A program made the position numbers and the translations under genes. The notes below the pieces were generated by a model. The model saw only the letters and a program-made list of their open reading frames with translations, was not told the DNA's origin and did no database searches. From Candidatus Eiseniibacteriota bacterium (GTDB taxonomy: Bacteria > Arandabacterota > Arandabacteria > Arandabacterales > Arandabacteraceae), in contig JBDRNT010000089.1 of NCBI GenBank assembly GCA_043810925.1, forward strand, positions 37,191-101,190: a stretch of DNA of 64,000 bases, read 5' to 3'. Below are positions 18,711 through 27,277 of this stretch, one piece after another (within the stretch, counting starts at the first letter, position 1; each line of letters starts with the position of its first letter).

Positions 18711-19068
18711 CGCTCCGCGGGCGCTCGGCCCATACAGCCAGGCCGTAGAAACGGAGGCCGGCCGGTACATCTTTGTCTCCGGTCAGCTCGGGATCGACGT
18801 CGCATCGGGTGAGTTGATTGCCGATACGATAGAGGAGCAAACGAGGAAGGCTCTCGAGAACCTGATGGCAGTCGTCGGGGCGGCCGGGTGCGGCGAGGGT
18901 TCAATTGTAAAGACGACGATCTATCTTAAGCGAATTGAGGATTTTGCTGCGGTCAACGAGGTTTACGCTGATTTTATGAAACCTCCGTACCCGGCGCGTG
19001 CGTGTGTCGCGGTCGCCGGGCTGCCCAAGGGGGCGCTCGTAGAGATAGACGCGATTGCCGTGAAATAG
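18682..19068 (+). CDS. RidA family enamine deaminase
   Basis: APRALGPYSQAV, SGQL, YPARACV, VEIDAIA. Confidence 0.93.
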   Translation: MNLYEVKSPDAPRALGPYSQAVETEAGRYIFVSGQLGIDVASGELIADTIEEQTRKALENLMAVVGAAGCGEGSIVKTTIYLKRIEDFAAVNEVYADFMKPPYPARACVAVAGLPKGALVEIDAIAVK

Positions 19069-19079
19069 GGAGAGGTACA

Positions 19080-20126
19080 ATGGCAATGAAAGATGTCAGA
19101 CTCACAGAGCTCGTAAGCTGTGCCGGTTGAGCCTCAAAGGTAGGTCCGGGTGACCTGCAGGAGATCTTAAAGGGGCTCGACCTCGGTACGAGCAGGCGAC
19201 TGCTTGTGGGAAGAAACACACTGGACGACGCCGCGGTCTACCGGCTCGATGGTGAAGAAGCTCTGGTTTCGACAGTCGACTTCTTCACTCCCGTCGTCGA
19301 CAACCCGAGAAGCTACGGGAGGATTGCGGTCAGTAACGCCCTCAGCGATGTATATGCAATGGGGGGGAAGCCGGTGCTTGCCCTCAACATACTCTGCTTC
19401 TCGGAAGAGAGTATTGCGAAGCGTGTAATACGGGAAATCCTCAGAGGGGGTGCCGAGAAGGCGAAGGAGGCAGGAGTGGTTATAGGCGGGGGACACTCCA
19501 TTGAAGATAAGGAACTTAAGTACGGACTCTGTGTTTCAGGTACTGTGAGGCCCGACCGTGTCGTACGCAATTCGGGCGCCCGGGTGGGCGATGTGGTGAT
19601 ACTCACCAAACCGCTCGGGATCGGGCTGATGACTACCGGCCTTAAGTTCGGCCTCTTGAAGAAGTCGGCGATTCGCAAGGTCACTCGAGTTATGGAAGAG
19701 CTCAATGCCGTACCGTCGAAGATCATGATGCGTCTTGGTGTCCACTCATGCACCGACATAACCGGCTTCGGGTTTCTCGGACATACCTCGGAGCTGGCCG
19801 ACGCGAGCAAGGTGGATATTGAGATAGATTTCACGAAACTGCCGATTATGCCGGAGGCCTACGAGATGTTGAAAGCCGAGGCGATCGCCGGTGGTCTCTG
19901 GACCAACAAGATGTTCGTATCTCCGAGGGTCGTGGCAAAAAACGTCTCGGATGCGGAACTCAACGTCCTTTACGATCCCCAGACCTCGGGTGGACTTCTG
20001 ATCACGCTTGACGGCAGGAAAGCCGGTATGATGCTCGAGCAACTCCACCGGGCGGGTGTCAAGCAGGCACGAGCAGTCGGAAAAGTCTTTGCCGAAGGCA
20101 GGGGTCGCATTATAGTTAGGAAGTGA
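19080..20126 (+). CDS. selD: Selenide, water dikinase containing selenocysteine (TGA at 19128-19130)
   Basis: MAMKDVRLTELVSCAG-U-ASKVGPGDL is in frame with the 19206 ORF (DDAAVY, TVDFFTP, GGHSIED, TDITGFG, DPQTSGGLL). Confidence 0.93.
19140..19158 (+). promoter_or_regulatory. Bacterial SECIS-like hairpin
   Basis: GTAGGTC-CGGGT-GACCTGC; apical loop begins 16 nt after the TGA and has G at loop position 2. Confidence 0.7.
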
Positions 20127-20140
20127 GCAATGTCGAGTGA

Positions 20141-20237
20141 GGGAATGGATGGGTTCTGGTGGACCTCAAGGACTTCAAATCCTCTGTCGGGTGCTAGTAC
20201 CATCCGAGGTGGGTTCGATTCCCACACATTCCCGCCA
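20141..20237 (+). tRNA. selC: tRNA-Sec (TCA)
   Basis: 97 nt; 6-bp D-stem with TGGT loop; anticodon loop CTTCAAA; long variable arm; GTGGG-TTCGATT-CCCAC; GCCA end. Confidence 0.95.
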
Positions 20238-20254
20238 CGAAGCGAGGGTATGAT

Positions 20255-20767
20255 TTGAAACCAGGAATGGTATTCCTTCTGAGCGGGATCGCCCTCCTTC
20301 TCCTTGCATCCTCGCTCCTTGCGGATGACGGAAGCACCGAGATTGATGAGGCCGCTCGACCCGATACGACCACCACCATGCCGATCTCGCTTATCGGCGT
20401 CGGAAACGGCTTCCACCTGGAGAACGAGCCGGACTTCAAGCATTCACCCCAGAAGAGCGTTCTTTTCTCCACGATACTTCCCGGCCTGGGCCAGGCCCAG
20501 AACGGGAGATGGACCAAGGCATCGGCGTTCGTTGTCGTGGGTTCGCTTCTTGTCACCAAGATAATCGTCCAGTCCGAGAGGGCGGACAGGTACCTCTATC
20601 TCTCCAGACAGGCCACGACAAATGACGAGGCCGAAGTACTCTATGGCAGCTACATCGACCACTTCGACCGGAGGGATAGGTTGATCTGGTGGGCGGTAGG
20701 GTTCTGGGTCTACAACATGATCGACGCCTACATCGACGGCCATCTCTTCGAGTTCTCAAGCCAGTAG
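20255..20767 (+). CDS. Hypothetical membrane protein (DUF5683-like)
   Basis: Signal peptide, SPQKSVLFSTILPGLGQAQNG, YNMIDAYIDGHL. Confidence 0.7.
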   Translation: MKPGMVFLLSGIALLLLASSLLADDGSTEIDEAARPDTTTTMPISLIGVGNGFHLENEPDFKHSPQKSVLFSTILPGLGQAQNGRWTKASAFVVVGSLLVTKIIVQSERADRYLYLSRQATTNDEAEVLYGSYIDHFDRRDRLIWWAVGFWVYNMIDAYIDGHLFEFSSQ

Positions 20768-20803
20768 AGGCATTTGTTTCAGTGACGGTTCCGGAGGTTC
20801 AAA

Positions 20804-21415
20804 ATGACAGCCAAGAAAAGCAAGAAGACGACAAGGAAAGACACAGCGAGAGAGTGGATCAAATCCATAATAATCGCGCTGATACTCGCGCTGGCGACCA
20901 GGGCCACGGTCGTACAGGCTTTTCGAATACCGACCTCATCGATGGAGGAGACACTCCTGGTGGGGGATTTTCTGCTTGTCAACAAGTTCATCTACGGATC
21001 TAAAATACCCTTCACGAACTTCAGACTTCCAAAGCTCCGGCAGCCCAAGACAGGCGACATCATCGTCTTCAAGCACCCGAGCGAGGGGAAGGATTTCATC
21101 AAGAGATGCATAGGCATGCCGGGGGACAAGGTCGAACTCAGGAACGATGTGGTCTACGTGAACGATTCCCCGCTTGATGAGCCTTACAAGATACTGCACG
21201 GATACGGCGGATCGATGTCAAACTTCGGGCCGGTGACGGTCCCCGAAGGGCACCTGTTCATGATGGGGGACAACCGTCACAACAGCTATGACAGTAGGTC
21301 CTGGGGGCCGCTTGACCAGACCTATGTCAAGGGGAAGGCGATGGTCATATACTTCTCCTGGAACAAGGATTCGCACTTCCCCCGGTGGACGCGGTTCGGG
21401 AAGATTCTTCGCTGA
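20804..21415 (+). CDS. lepB: Signal peptidase I
   Basis: AFRIPTSSME, FIKRCIG, MGDNRHNSYDSR. Confidence 0.95.
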   Translation: MTAKKSKKTTRKDTAREWIKSIIIALILALATRATVVQAFRIPTSSMEETLLVGDFLLVNKFIYGSKIPFTNFRLPKLRQPKTGDIIVFKHPSEGKDFIKRCIGMPGDKVELRNDVVYVNDSPLDEPYKILHGYGGSMSNFGPVTVPEGHLFMMGDNRHNSYDSRSWGPLDQTYVKGKAMVIYFSWNKDSHFPRWTRFGKILR

Positions 21416-21613
21416 GACCCACTCCGGGCTCGATGTGAGGAGAACTGAAGGCTCGTAGGGACGCGTGCGGCGATAGCCCTGCAAACCGGGGCTAATCGGC
21501 CCATATAATGCCCAGATTCCCATAAAGATCGAGCATTCAGGAGCCGATACAGGTGTTAAACGGCAGACTTATAACATAGGACTCGTACCAAGTTAAGTAC
21601 CTTTCGGAGGAGA

Positions 21614-22591
21614 ATGGTGACATCTGGGAGGGGCATGTACGGATGCGTGCTCGTGTGCCTTGTTCTAGTGATATGTTCAATTCCCGCGCTGTTTCCCCGG
21701 GCTGTCCTGGGGCAGGACATCACGGTTGCGGTTGTTGAGAGCAGACGCATAAAGGCATACGATCTTGCGCTCGATGGCTTCAAGGAAGTCATGGCAAGGC
21801 GGGGATACACCGCCACGTTTGTCCGCTACGTGGTGGATGTCGACCTGCACACACCCGATGATCTGGAGGCGGCGATGGATAGAACCGGCGCTGCAGTAAT
21901 ACTCGCTCTCGGAACCGATGCCGCCAAACTAGTCAAAGAAGCGCACACCGCAGTACCGACCGTTTTCTCGATGGTCTCCGAACCCGGTCAGAGCGGTCTA
22001 TTAAATGCCGGTACCAACGGCGGCTCGCCAATGACCGGTGTGTGCCTTGATGTACCCGTTGAAACCCAGTTCTCATCGCTGCTTGATGTTGTACCGCGGG
22101 CGAGCAAGATCGGCGTGGTGTACAATCCGGATGAAAGCCAGTTCATTGTCGATGCCGCACGGAGTGCTGCCAATCGCATGAACCTTGGTCTTGTCACCTA
22201 TCCGGTGCACTCAGAGGCCGAAGTCCCGGAGGCTTTGACTGCGCTCAGGCCGAGGATAGATGCGCTCTGGCTCGTGAGTGACCGGATGGTACTGACCACC
22301 CAGTCGCTCCAGTATGTCTTCCTGTTCACGTTCCAGACGAATCTCCCGCTGATGGGTCTTTCCGAGCACTTTGTCAAGATGGGTGCCCTGTGTGCGGTGG
22401 GTCCCGACTACAGAGACATCGGTATGCAATCGGGCGAGTTTGCAGTACAGATTCTGGGTGGCCGCGACCCCGAGGAGCTTCCCATGGCCGCTCCAAGAAA
22501 AGTCCTGCTGTCTCTGAATCTCAGGACGGCCGAGATCATAGGCCTCCGCATCCCCGAGGGCGTAATCCGCCAAGCTTCTTCAATTTACTGA
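21614..22591 (+). CDS. ABC-type substrate-binding protein (ABC_sub_bind-like), with no adjacent transporter genes
   Basis: PTVFSMVSEP, TGV, IGVVYNP, GALCA, LNLRTAEIIGLRIP. Confidence 0.85.
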   Translation: MVTSGRGMYGCVLVCLVLVICSIPALFPRAVLGQDITVAVVESRRIKAYDLALDGFKEVMARRGYTATFVRYVVDVDLHTPDDLEAAMDRTGAAVILALGTDAAKLVKEAHTAVPTVFSMVSEPGQSGLLNAGTNGGSPMTGVCLDVPVETQFSSLLDVVPRASKIGVVYNPDESQFIVDAARSAANRMNLGLVTYPVHSEAEVPEALTALRPRIDALWLVSDRMVLTTQSLQYVFLFTFQTNLPLMGLSEHFVKMGALCAVGPDYRDIGMQSGEFAVQILGGRDPEELPMAAPRKVLLSLNLRTAEIIGLRIPEGVIRQASSIY

Positions 22592-22780
22592 TGGGGTCAG
22601 GCTTTGAATTCTGGAATTCCCGTCTCATCTGAAGCACTGCAATTCTCAAGGGGTCAGAGCTCGAAAATTGCACGGTCGGTTTCACCGCACGCAATTTTCG
22701 AGCTCTGACCCCAGGCTTAGGTGCTATGCACTGGAATCCCAGAATTCAAAGCCTGACCCCATCTGTTGACCCCATCTGTT
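22590..22780. repeat. Nested inverted repeats of the GGGGTCAG family between convergent genes
   Basis: Outer 25-bp arms 22590-22614 and 22739-22763; inner 22-bp arms 22650-22671 and 22691-22712; 13-bp tandem duplication 22755-22780. Confidence 0.9.
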
Positions 22781-24476
22781 ACTTGGTGTCGTCGAGTCTA
22801 AAAGCGACAGGTATGGCGATAGTCATGTCGATCGGCTTGCCGTCCCTGGTCGCGGGTTTGAATTTCCACGTGCTGAGAGCTTCGATTGCACTCTCAGAGA
22901 GTGAAGGATAACCTTCAACTCCCTCCGTGACTTCTATCTTGCCGGTCGAGCCATCCTTCTTGACCTGCACCTCGAGGACTACTTTGCCCGAGATCCCGGC
23001 CTTCCTTGCGTCCTCCGGGTACACGGGTTTGATAGTGGGCTGATCGATCAGTTCCGGCGGGCTCTCGACCCCGAGGGGCTTCTCCTTGCCATCCAGCCTG
23101 AACCTGACCGGTATTACGATAGTCATCTCTATGGGCGTACCGGCTTCGGTCGCGGGTTCGAACTTCCACTTGCGCACCGCCTCTTCCGCGCTCTTGTCGA
23201 GTGCGGGACATTCGGGAACTCCCTGCTTGAGCGCCACCGCACCGACGCTGCCGTCCTTCTTCACCGTGACATCGAGCAGCACCTCGCCGCCAATCCCACC
23301 CTTGCGGGCAACTTCCGGATACTCGGGGAGTACATAGGATCCCTTCACGAGTTTGGGTGGTTGGGTGAGGTCCTTATCGCCGACCTCCATATTCACTTCC
23401 ATCGCTTTCTCGGGTGGAGTGGAAGTCTTGACCTCCTTGTCTTCCCCTTCGGTTCCCGCAAGGGGAGGGAGGGGAAGAAGTGAAACGGCCAGGACAAATG
23501 CAACTGCCGCGCTAAGTGCCAAACGATGTCTCATCATGGTGACATACCTCCCGTTGTGGCTCAAACGACTGAGACGTTGGTGAAGGAGTGATGACCTGGG
23601 TGTACCGATCCCTGCCGGCGAACAAGACGGCAGGAGGCCGATATTGACCGTACGCGCAAGTGCTCTGGCGTATGCCCGCGGGGTGACCCCACCGTCGACG
23701 GCTGCCTCATCGCATGCGATCTCGCACGAGGAAGCGAGTCTGCCGAGGACCACCCACAGAAGCGGGTAGTAGAAGAAAACAGCCAGTGCGCACCTCTGTA
23801 TGACCGATCTTAACGGATCGAAACGCCGCCGGTGCTCGTTCTCGTGGAGAAGGACCGCCCGAAGTTCGGGTGTCGTCAGTTCGGCGATCATCGCTTCGGA
23901 TATCATGATCCTCCGGCGGAGAACACCCTCAACCGCAGGCATTGCCGAACCGGATACGATCCGTATTACGCCAAGCGGTACTCCTGTTTCCTTAAGAGCC
24001 TCTGCCACGCGGTGGCCCAACTCCTCCCGGACTCCAGCGACAGACACGGCCTCAACAAAACCTCCAGCCTGTCTTTGCCTCGCCCAGCGAACCCCGAGAT
24101 ATATAGCGCCCCCCATCCAGGCACCAGTGAGTAGCCCCGGCAGAGCTGCTCCGAACCACCGTCCACTTGACTGCCCGGAGACCGCAAGTACCGTGGGGTC
24201 TATAACCGCATAAGCATGTCCCAGCCATGCTGATGAACCTCCGCCGCCGAAAACAGAGGGGATGACCCGCTCAAGCAACGGCAGCACGGTTCTTCTTGCC
24301 AGCGGCAGGAGGACCTTGACGAGTCCGATCGTCCAGAGCCCGTTGACCAGCCGGGCAGGCGCGCTTCTCATGGCCCGGGCCAGGAGAAAGAGCGGCAACA
24401 GGACCAGGGTCGTTTGCCAGAGATGAGCGGCAACCGCCAGCCAGAGTTCTCCAAGCAGACTGCTGTCAGGAATCAT
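22779..24476 (-). CDS. BlaR1/M56 peptidase domain fused to two TonB C-terminal domains
   Basis: HENEH, CEIACDE, two YP..AR..GI.G.V...KDG...WKF.PA repeats; ATG at 24476 after GAGGTG. Confidence 0.9.
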   Translation of the reverse strand: MIPDSSLLGELWLAVAAHLWQTTLVLLPLFLLARAMRSAPARLVNGLWTIGLVKVLLPLARRTVLPLLERVIPSVFGGGGSSAWLGHAYAVIDPTVLAVSGQSSGRWFGAALPGLLTGAWMGGAIYLGVRWARQRQAGGFVEAVSVAGVREELGHRVAEALKETGVPLGVIRIVSGSAMPAVEGVLRRRIMISEAMIAELTTPELRAVLLHENEHRRRFDPLRSVIQRCALAVFFYYPLLWVVLGRLASSCEIACDEAAVDGGVTPRAYARALARTVNIGLLPSCSPAGIGTPRSSLLHQRLSRLSHNGRYVTMMRHRLALSAAVAFVLAVSLLPLPPLAGTEGEDKEVKTSTPPEKAMEVNMEVGDKDLTQPPKLVKGSYVLPEYPEVARKGGIGGEVLLDVTVKKDGSVGAVALKQGVPECPALDKSAEEAVRKWKFEPATEAGTPIEMTIVIPVRFRLDGKEKPLGVESPPELIDQPTIKPVYPEDARKAGISGKVVLEVQVKKDGSTGKIEVTEGVEGYPSLSESAIEALSTWKFKPATRDGKPIDMTIAIPVAFRLDDTK

Positions 24477-24492
24477 AACGTTCACCTCACGC

Positions 24493-24885
24493 TCAGGTCT
24501 TTCGCTTCTTTTTTCCAGGGTTCCCGGTGCCGATCTGGCGTTCGAGCTCCTTGAGATCCTCAAGGGTGACCTCTTTCATGTCGGCCAGCTGGGCGACGAG
24601 TGGAGCCGCGGCACCGTCGAAAGTGGCTTCCAGGAATCGCCGGATCTCCTTGCGGATCATCGCTGAAGGCTTGATCGCCGAGCGATAGACCCAGGCCCTT
24701 TCCCGCTTCCGCACCCTGACAACTGCGCCCTTTTCCTCGAGGCGCTCCACGATCTTGCGGACCGTGGAGTAGGTCGGAGGATCGTGGAGGTCCTCACAAA
24801 TCTCTCGTATCGTCGCCTCGCCTCTGTCCCAGAGTTTTCTCAGGCACTGGAGCTCGAAACGCGACAGGTCGGGCAGTTTTCGCAT
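24493..24885 (-). CDS. BlaI/MecI/CopY family repressor
   Basis: LSRFELQCLRKLW, YSTVRKIVERLEEKG, FDGAAAPLVAQL. Confidence 0.92.
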   Translation of the reverse strand: MRKLPDLSRFELQCLRKLWDRGEATIREICEDLHDPPTYSTVRKIVERLEEKGAVVRVRKRERAWVYRSAIKPSAMIRKEIRRFLEATFDGAAAPLVAQLADMKEVTLEDLKELERQIGTGNPGKKKRKT

Positions 24886-24906
24886 TGTGAGAGTCCTCCT
24901 TATTCT

Positions 24907-24956
24907 AGTGCGACATCTGTCACATTTACTCTAAGACAAGTGTCGCACTTTGTCAA
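24907..24956 (-). promoter_or_regulatory. Promoter with two GACA-N2-TGTC operator palindromes (probable BlaI-like autoregulation)
   Basis: GACATCTGTC 24912-24921 and GACAAGTGTC 24935-24944; minus-strand TTGACA-N17-TAGAGT. Confidence 0.7.
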
Positions 24957-25192
24957 GGGGTCTGATTATCCGGGTGTCGAAATAACCCTGAGTCCCGCCC
25001 TGCGGTTCAATCCGGAGTGTGACGGCGGTTAAGCACCGTATTTTGCCAAGCGATGCGACCGGCAAGCCGGTATGTGTCGGACAGGATGTCTCAGCACTTC
25101 TCTCCTTATTACCGTGTCCAGCCCAATGGTCGGCACTTGGAGGAGGGGTTTTGACCGGCTTGCCAGATCGCCCGCAAACATATTCACGACTA

Positions 25193-25585
25193 TCATCTCT
25201 TTCGTTTTGCCTTCTTGCTCAGTGTCGCCTTGAAGGTTCGCGCGATTTCCCCGGCGCTCAATCCTTCAGATGATGCAGCCCGCAGGAGCGGACCAAGGTC
25301 TTCGATGAGCCTCTGTCTTGCCATAGCCTTTCTTCTGTCATCACGTATCTCTGATACGAAGAAGCCCTTGCCGCGTCGGGAGTGAATGAGCCCATCGCGC
25401 TCAAGGTTTTCATAGCCGCGCTGGACCGTGATAACGCTGACACGCTCTTGCCTGGCAAGTGAGCGGATCGACGGGAGCATCGTCCCGGCGGGTGCGTCAC
25501 CGGCCAGTATCAATGCCCGTATCTGCCGCGATATCTGGCTCTGCAAGGGTTCGTTTGATACGTCGGACAAGTTGAGCAGCATCAC
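25193..25585 (-). CDS. GntR (YtrA-like) transcriptional regulator
   Basis: LPSIRSLA...VSVITVQRGYENLE..G....RGKGFFV; short C-terminus. Confidence 0.9.
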   Translation of the reverse strand: MMLLNLSDVSNEPLQSQISRQIRALILAGDAPAGTMLPSIRSLARQERVSVITVQRGYENLERDGLIHSRRGKGFFVSEIRDDRRKAMARQRLIEDLGPLLRAASSEGLSAGEIARTFKATLSKKAKRKR

Positions 25586-25589
25586 ACCC

Positions 25590-27110
25590 TCAAGAGTCCA
25601 CGCTGTTGACTCTCACAAGCAGCAGCGTTCTATCGTCATCCGGCAACTCACCGGGACTGAACGTATGGAGATCGTTTTTTATGACCTGTATGATCTCGCC
25701 CGGATCGAGATGGCGATTGCGAATCAAGAGGTCCTTCAGACGGAGCTCGCCGTAGGGCTTTCCATTGCTGGCCACGCTTCGGGTGACGCCGTCCGTGTAC
25801 AAGAGGATGGAGTCCCCTTCGCGGATATCTATGCTCTCGGCCCGGCGGTCGAGGTCCCCGGCAGCACCCAGTACCGGTCCCGTCGTCTTCAGGACAATGA
25901 TTTCCCCGTTACGTCTGACGAGAAGGGGGGAGACATGCCCGGCATTTGCAAACTCGAGCTTGCCGCGGGCACGATCAATGATGCCGTAGAAAAGCGTGGT
26001 GAAGGATCCGTCCGAACCATCTCGCGCAAGACGGCCGTCGAGGTCGCTCATGGTCTGCCGTATGGTATTACCGTTACCGATGTCGCCCTTGACGATGGTC
26101 TGAATCTGGGATATGAGAATCGCTGCCGGAATTCCCTTACCGCACGTGTCGGCGATCACCAGTCCCAACCGGGTCTCCCCGATGGGGAAGTAGTCATAGA
26201 AGTCCCCGACCACGGTGTGAGAGGACGTGCTGGAGGTGGTGATGTCGAAGCCGCCCTGAAGGGCACGGCCCTCCCGGAGAAGGTTTGCCTGGATCTTCTG
26301 GGCTATCCTGAGCTCGTCTTCCATCCGCCGTTTCTCCACGGCCTTGATGTAGTCGCGTGCGCTCGCAAGCGCATCGGCAAACTCGCGCACGAGAATCACC
26401 AGGAGTTCCAGACTCTCCTCCGCGTAATCGCCGCCACCGGTCCGCTCACCGAGGGTAACCACACCGTCAAGCCTGCGGTCTTTCTTAAGCGGCATGACAA
26501 TCCTTGCACCGAGTCTCGAGAATACTTCAAGCGGATCACCCGACGGATCGTCGCCGGATGGAGATTCAACGCGGAGTGGCGCGTTCGCATCGATCAGGGC
26601 CCTGACGAGAGCGTCATCGCTTCTCACCACGAAGGCGATGTCGGCCCCCGGGGATAACGCTTCGGCAAAACGATACTCGTTTCCGTCATAGAAAAAGACC
26701 TGGATGTCTCCCGCACCCGTGAAGGTGCGGATGTTCTGTGAGAGCATTTCGCAGAGATTGGGAATGCTCAGGGCCGAAAGCAGGTCGTGTGAAAACGAAT
26801 CTATGGCGCTCAGGATCGATTGCTGCCCCGTACCCCTGCAAAGGGCCGCCGCCTGTCTCGTGTGTTTCTTAAGCGGCGCGACCATGAACCGGCTCTGACG
26901 GCCCGTTCTTATAAGACCCTGAAGGGCCAGGTCGTCATAGGCTCTTTTCACCGTGTCTCTGCTCACACCGTGTTCCCTGACGAACGCCGTGATCGTAGGC
27001 ATCTCCGCCCCGGCGGGGATCTCGCCGTCGATGATCTGCTTGGCGAGCTCCGCCGATATCCGGCTGTGGAGGGGTTCGGTCGAAGGGTCTTTGAGATCAA
27101 GTATCATCAC
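25590..27110 (-). CDS. GntR HTH-GAF-PP2C (SpoIIE/RsbU-like) fusion protein
   Basis: N-terminal GntR HTH, GAF-like middle, VGDFYD, IADTCGKG, NAGH, LYTDGVT, DDRTLL. Confidence 0.88.
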   Translation of the reverse strand: MMILDLKDPSTEPLHSRISAELAKQIIDGEIPAGAEMPTITAFVREHGVSRDTVKRAYDDLALQGLIRTGRQSRFMVAPLKKHTRQAAALCRGTGQQSILSAIDSFSHDLLSALSIPNLCEMLSQNIRTFTGAGDIQVFFYDGNEYRFAEALSPGADIAFVVRSDDALVRALIDANAPLRVESPSGDDPSGDPLEVFSRLGARIVMPLKKDRRLDGVVTLGERTGGGDYAEESLELLVILVREFADALASARDYIKAVEKRRMEDELRIAQKIQANLLREGRALQGGFDITTSSTSSHTVVGDFYDYFPIGETRLGLVIADTCGKGIPAAILISQIQTIVKGDIGNGNTIRQTMSDLDGRLARDGSDGSFTTLFYGIIDRARGKLEFANAGHVSPLLVRRNGEIIVLKTTGPVLGAAGDLDRRAESIDIREGDSILLYTDGVTRSVASNGKPYGELRLKDLLIRNRHLDPGEIIQVIKNDLHTFSPGELPDDDRTLLLVRVNSVDS

Positions 27111-27136
27111 TCACCTCACCGGTTGTCTATCTGTTA

Positions 27137-27189
27137 ATATTGCATATACTGACTATAGGCAATATATACAGACAGCATAATCCTGTCAA
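27137..27189 (-). promoter_or_regulatory. Promoter and AT-rich palindrome upstream of the GntR pair
   Basis: Minus-strand TTGACA-N17-TATATT; ATATTGCaTATA-ctgac-TATAgGCAATAT at 27137-27165 overlaps the -10. Confidence 0.6.
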
Positions 27190-27238
27190 GTGTTTTCTTC
27201 TGTGCTTGACTTTGAAGCAGCGGTGGCATTAGTTTCCT

Positions 27239-27265
27239 CTAGCACTCTCATGGTGCGAGTGCCAA
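27239..27265 (+). promoter_or_regulatory. CIRCE element (HrcA operator)
   Basis: CTAGCACTC-N9-GAGTGCCAA versus consensus TTAGCACTC-N9-GAGTGCTAA, directly before hrcA. Confidence 0.92.
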
Positions 27266-27277
27266 GAGGACTGGAAG

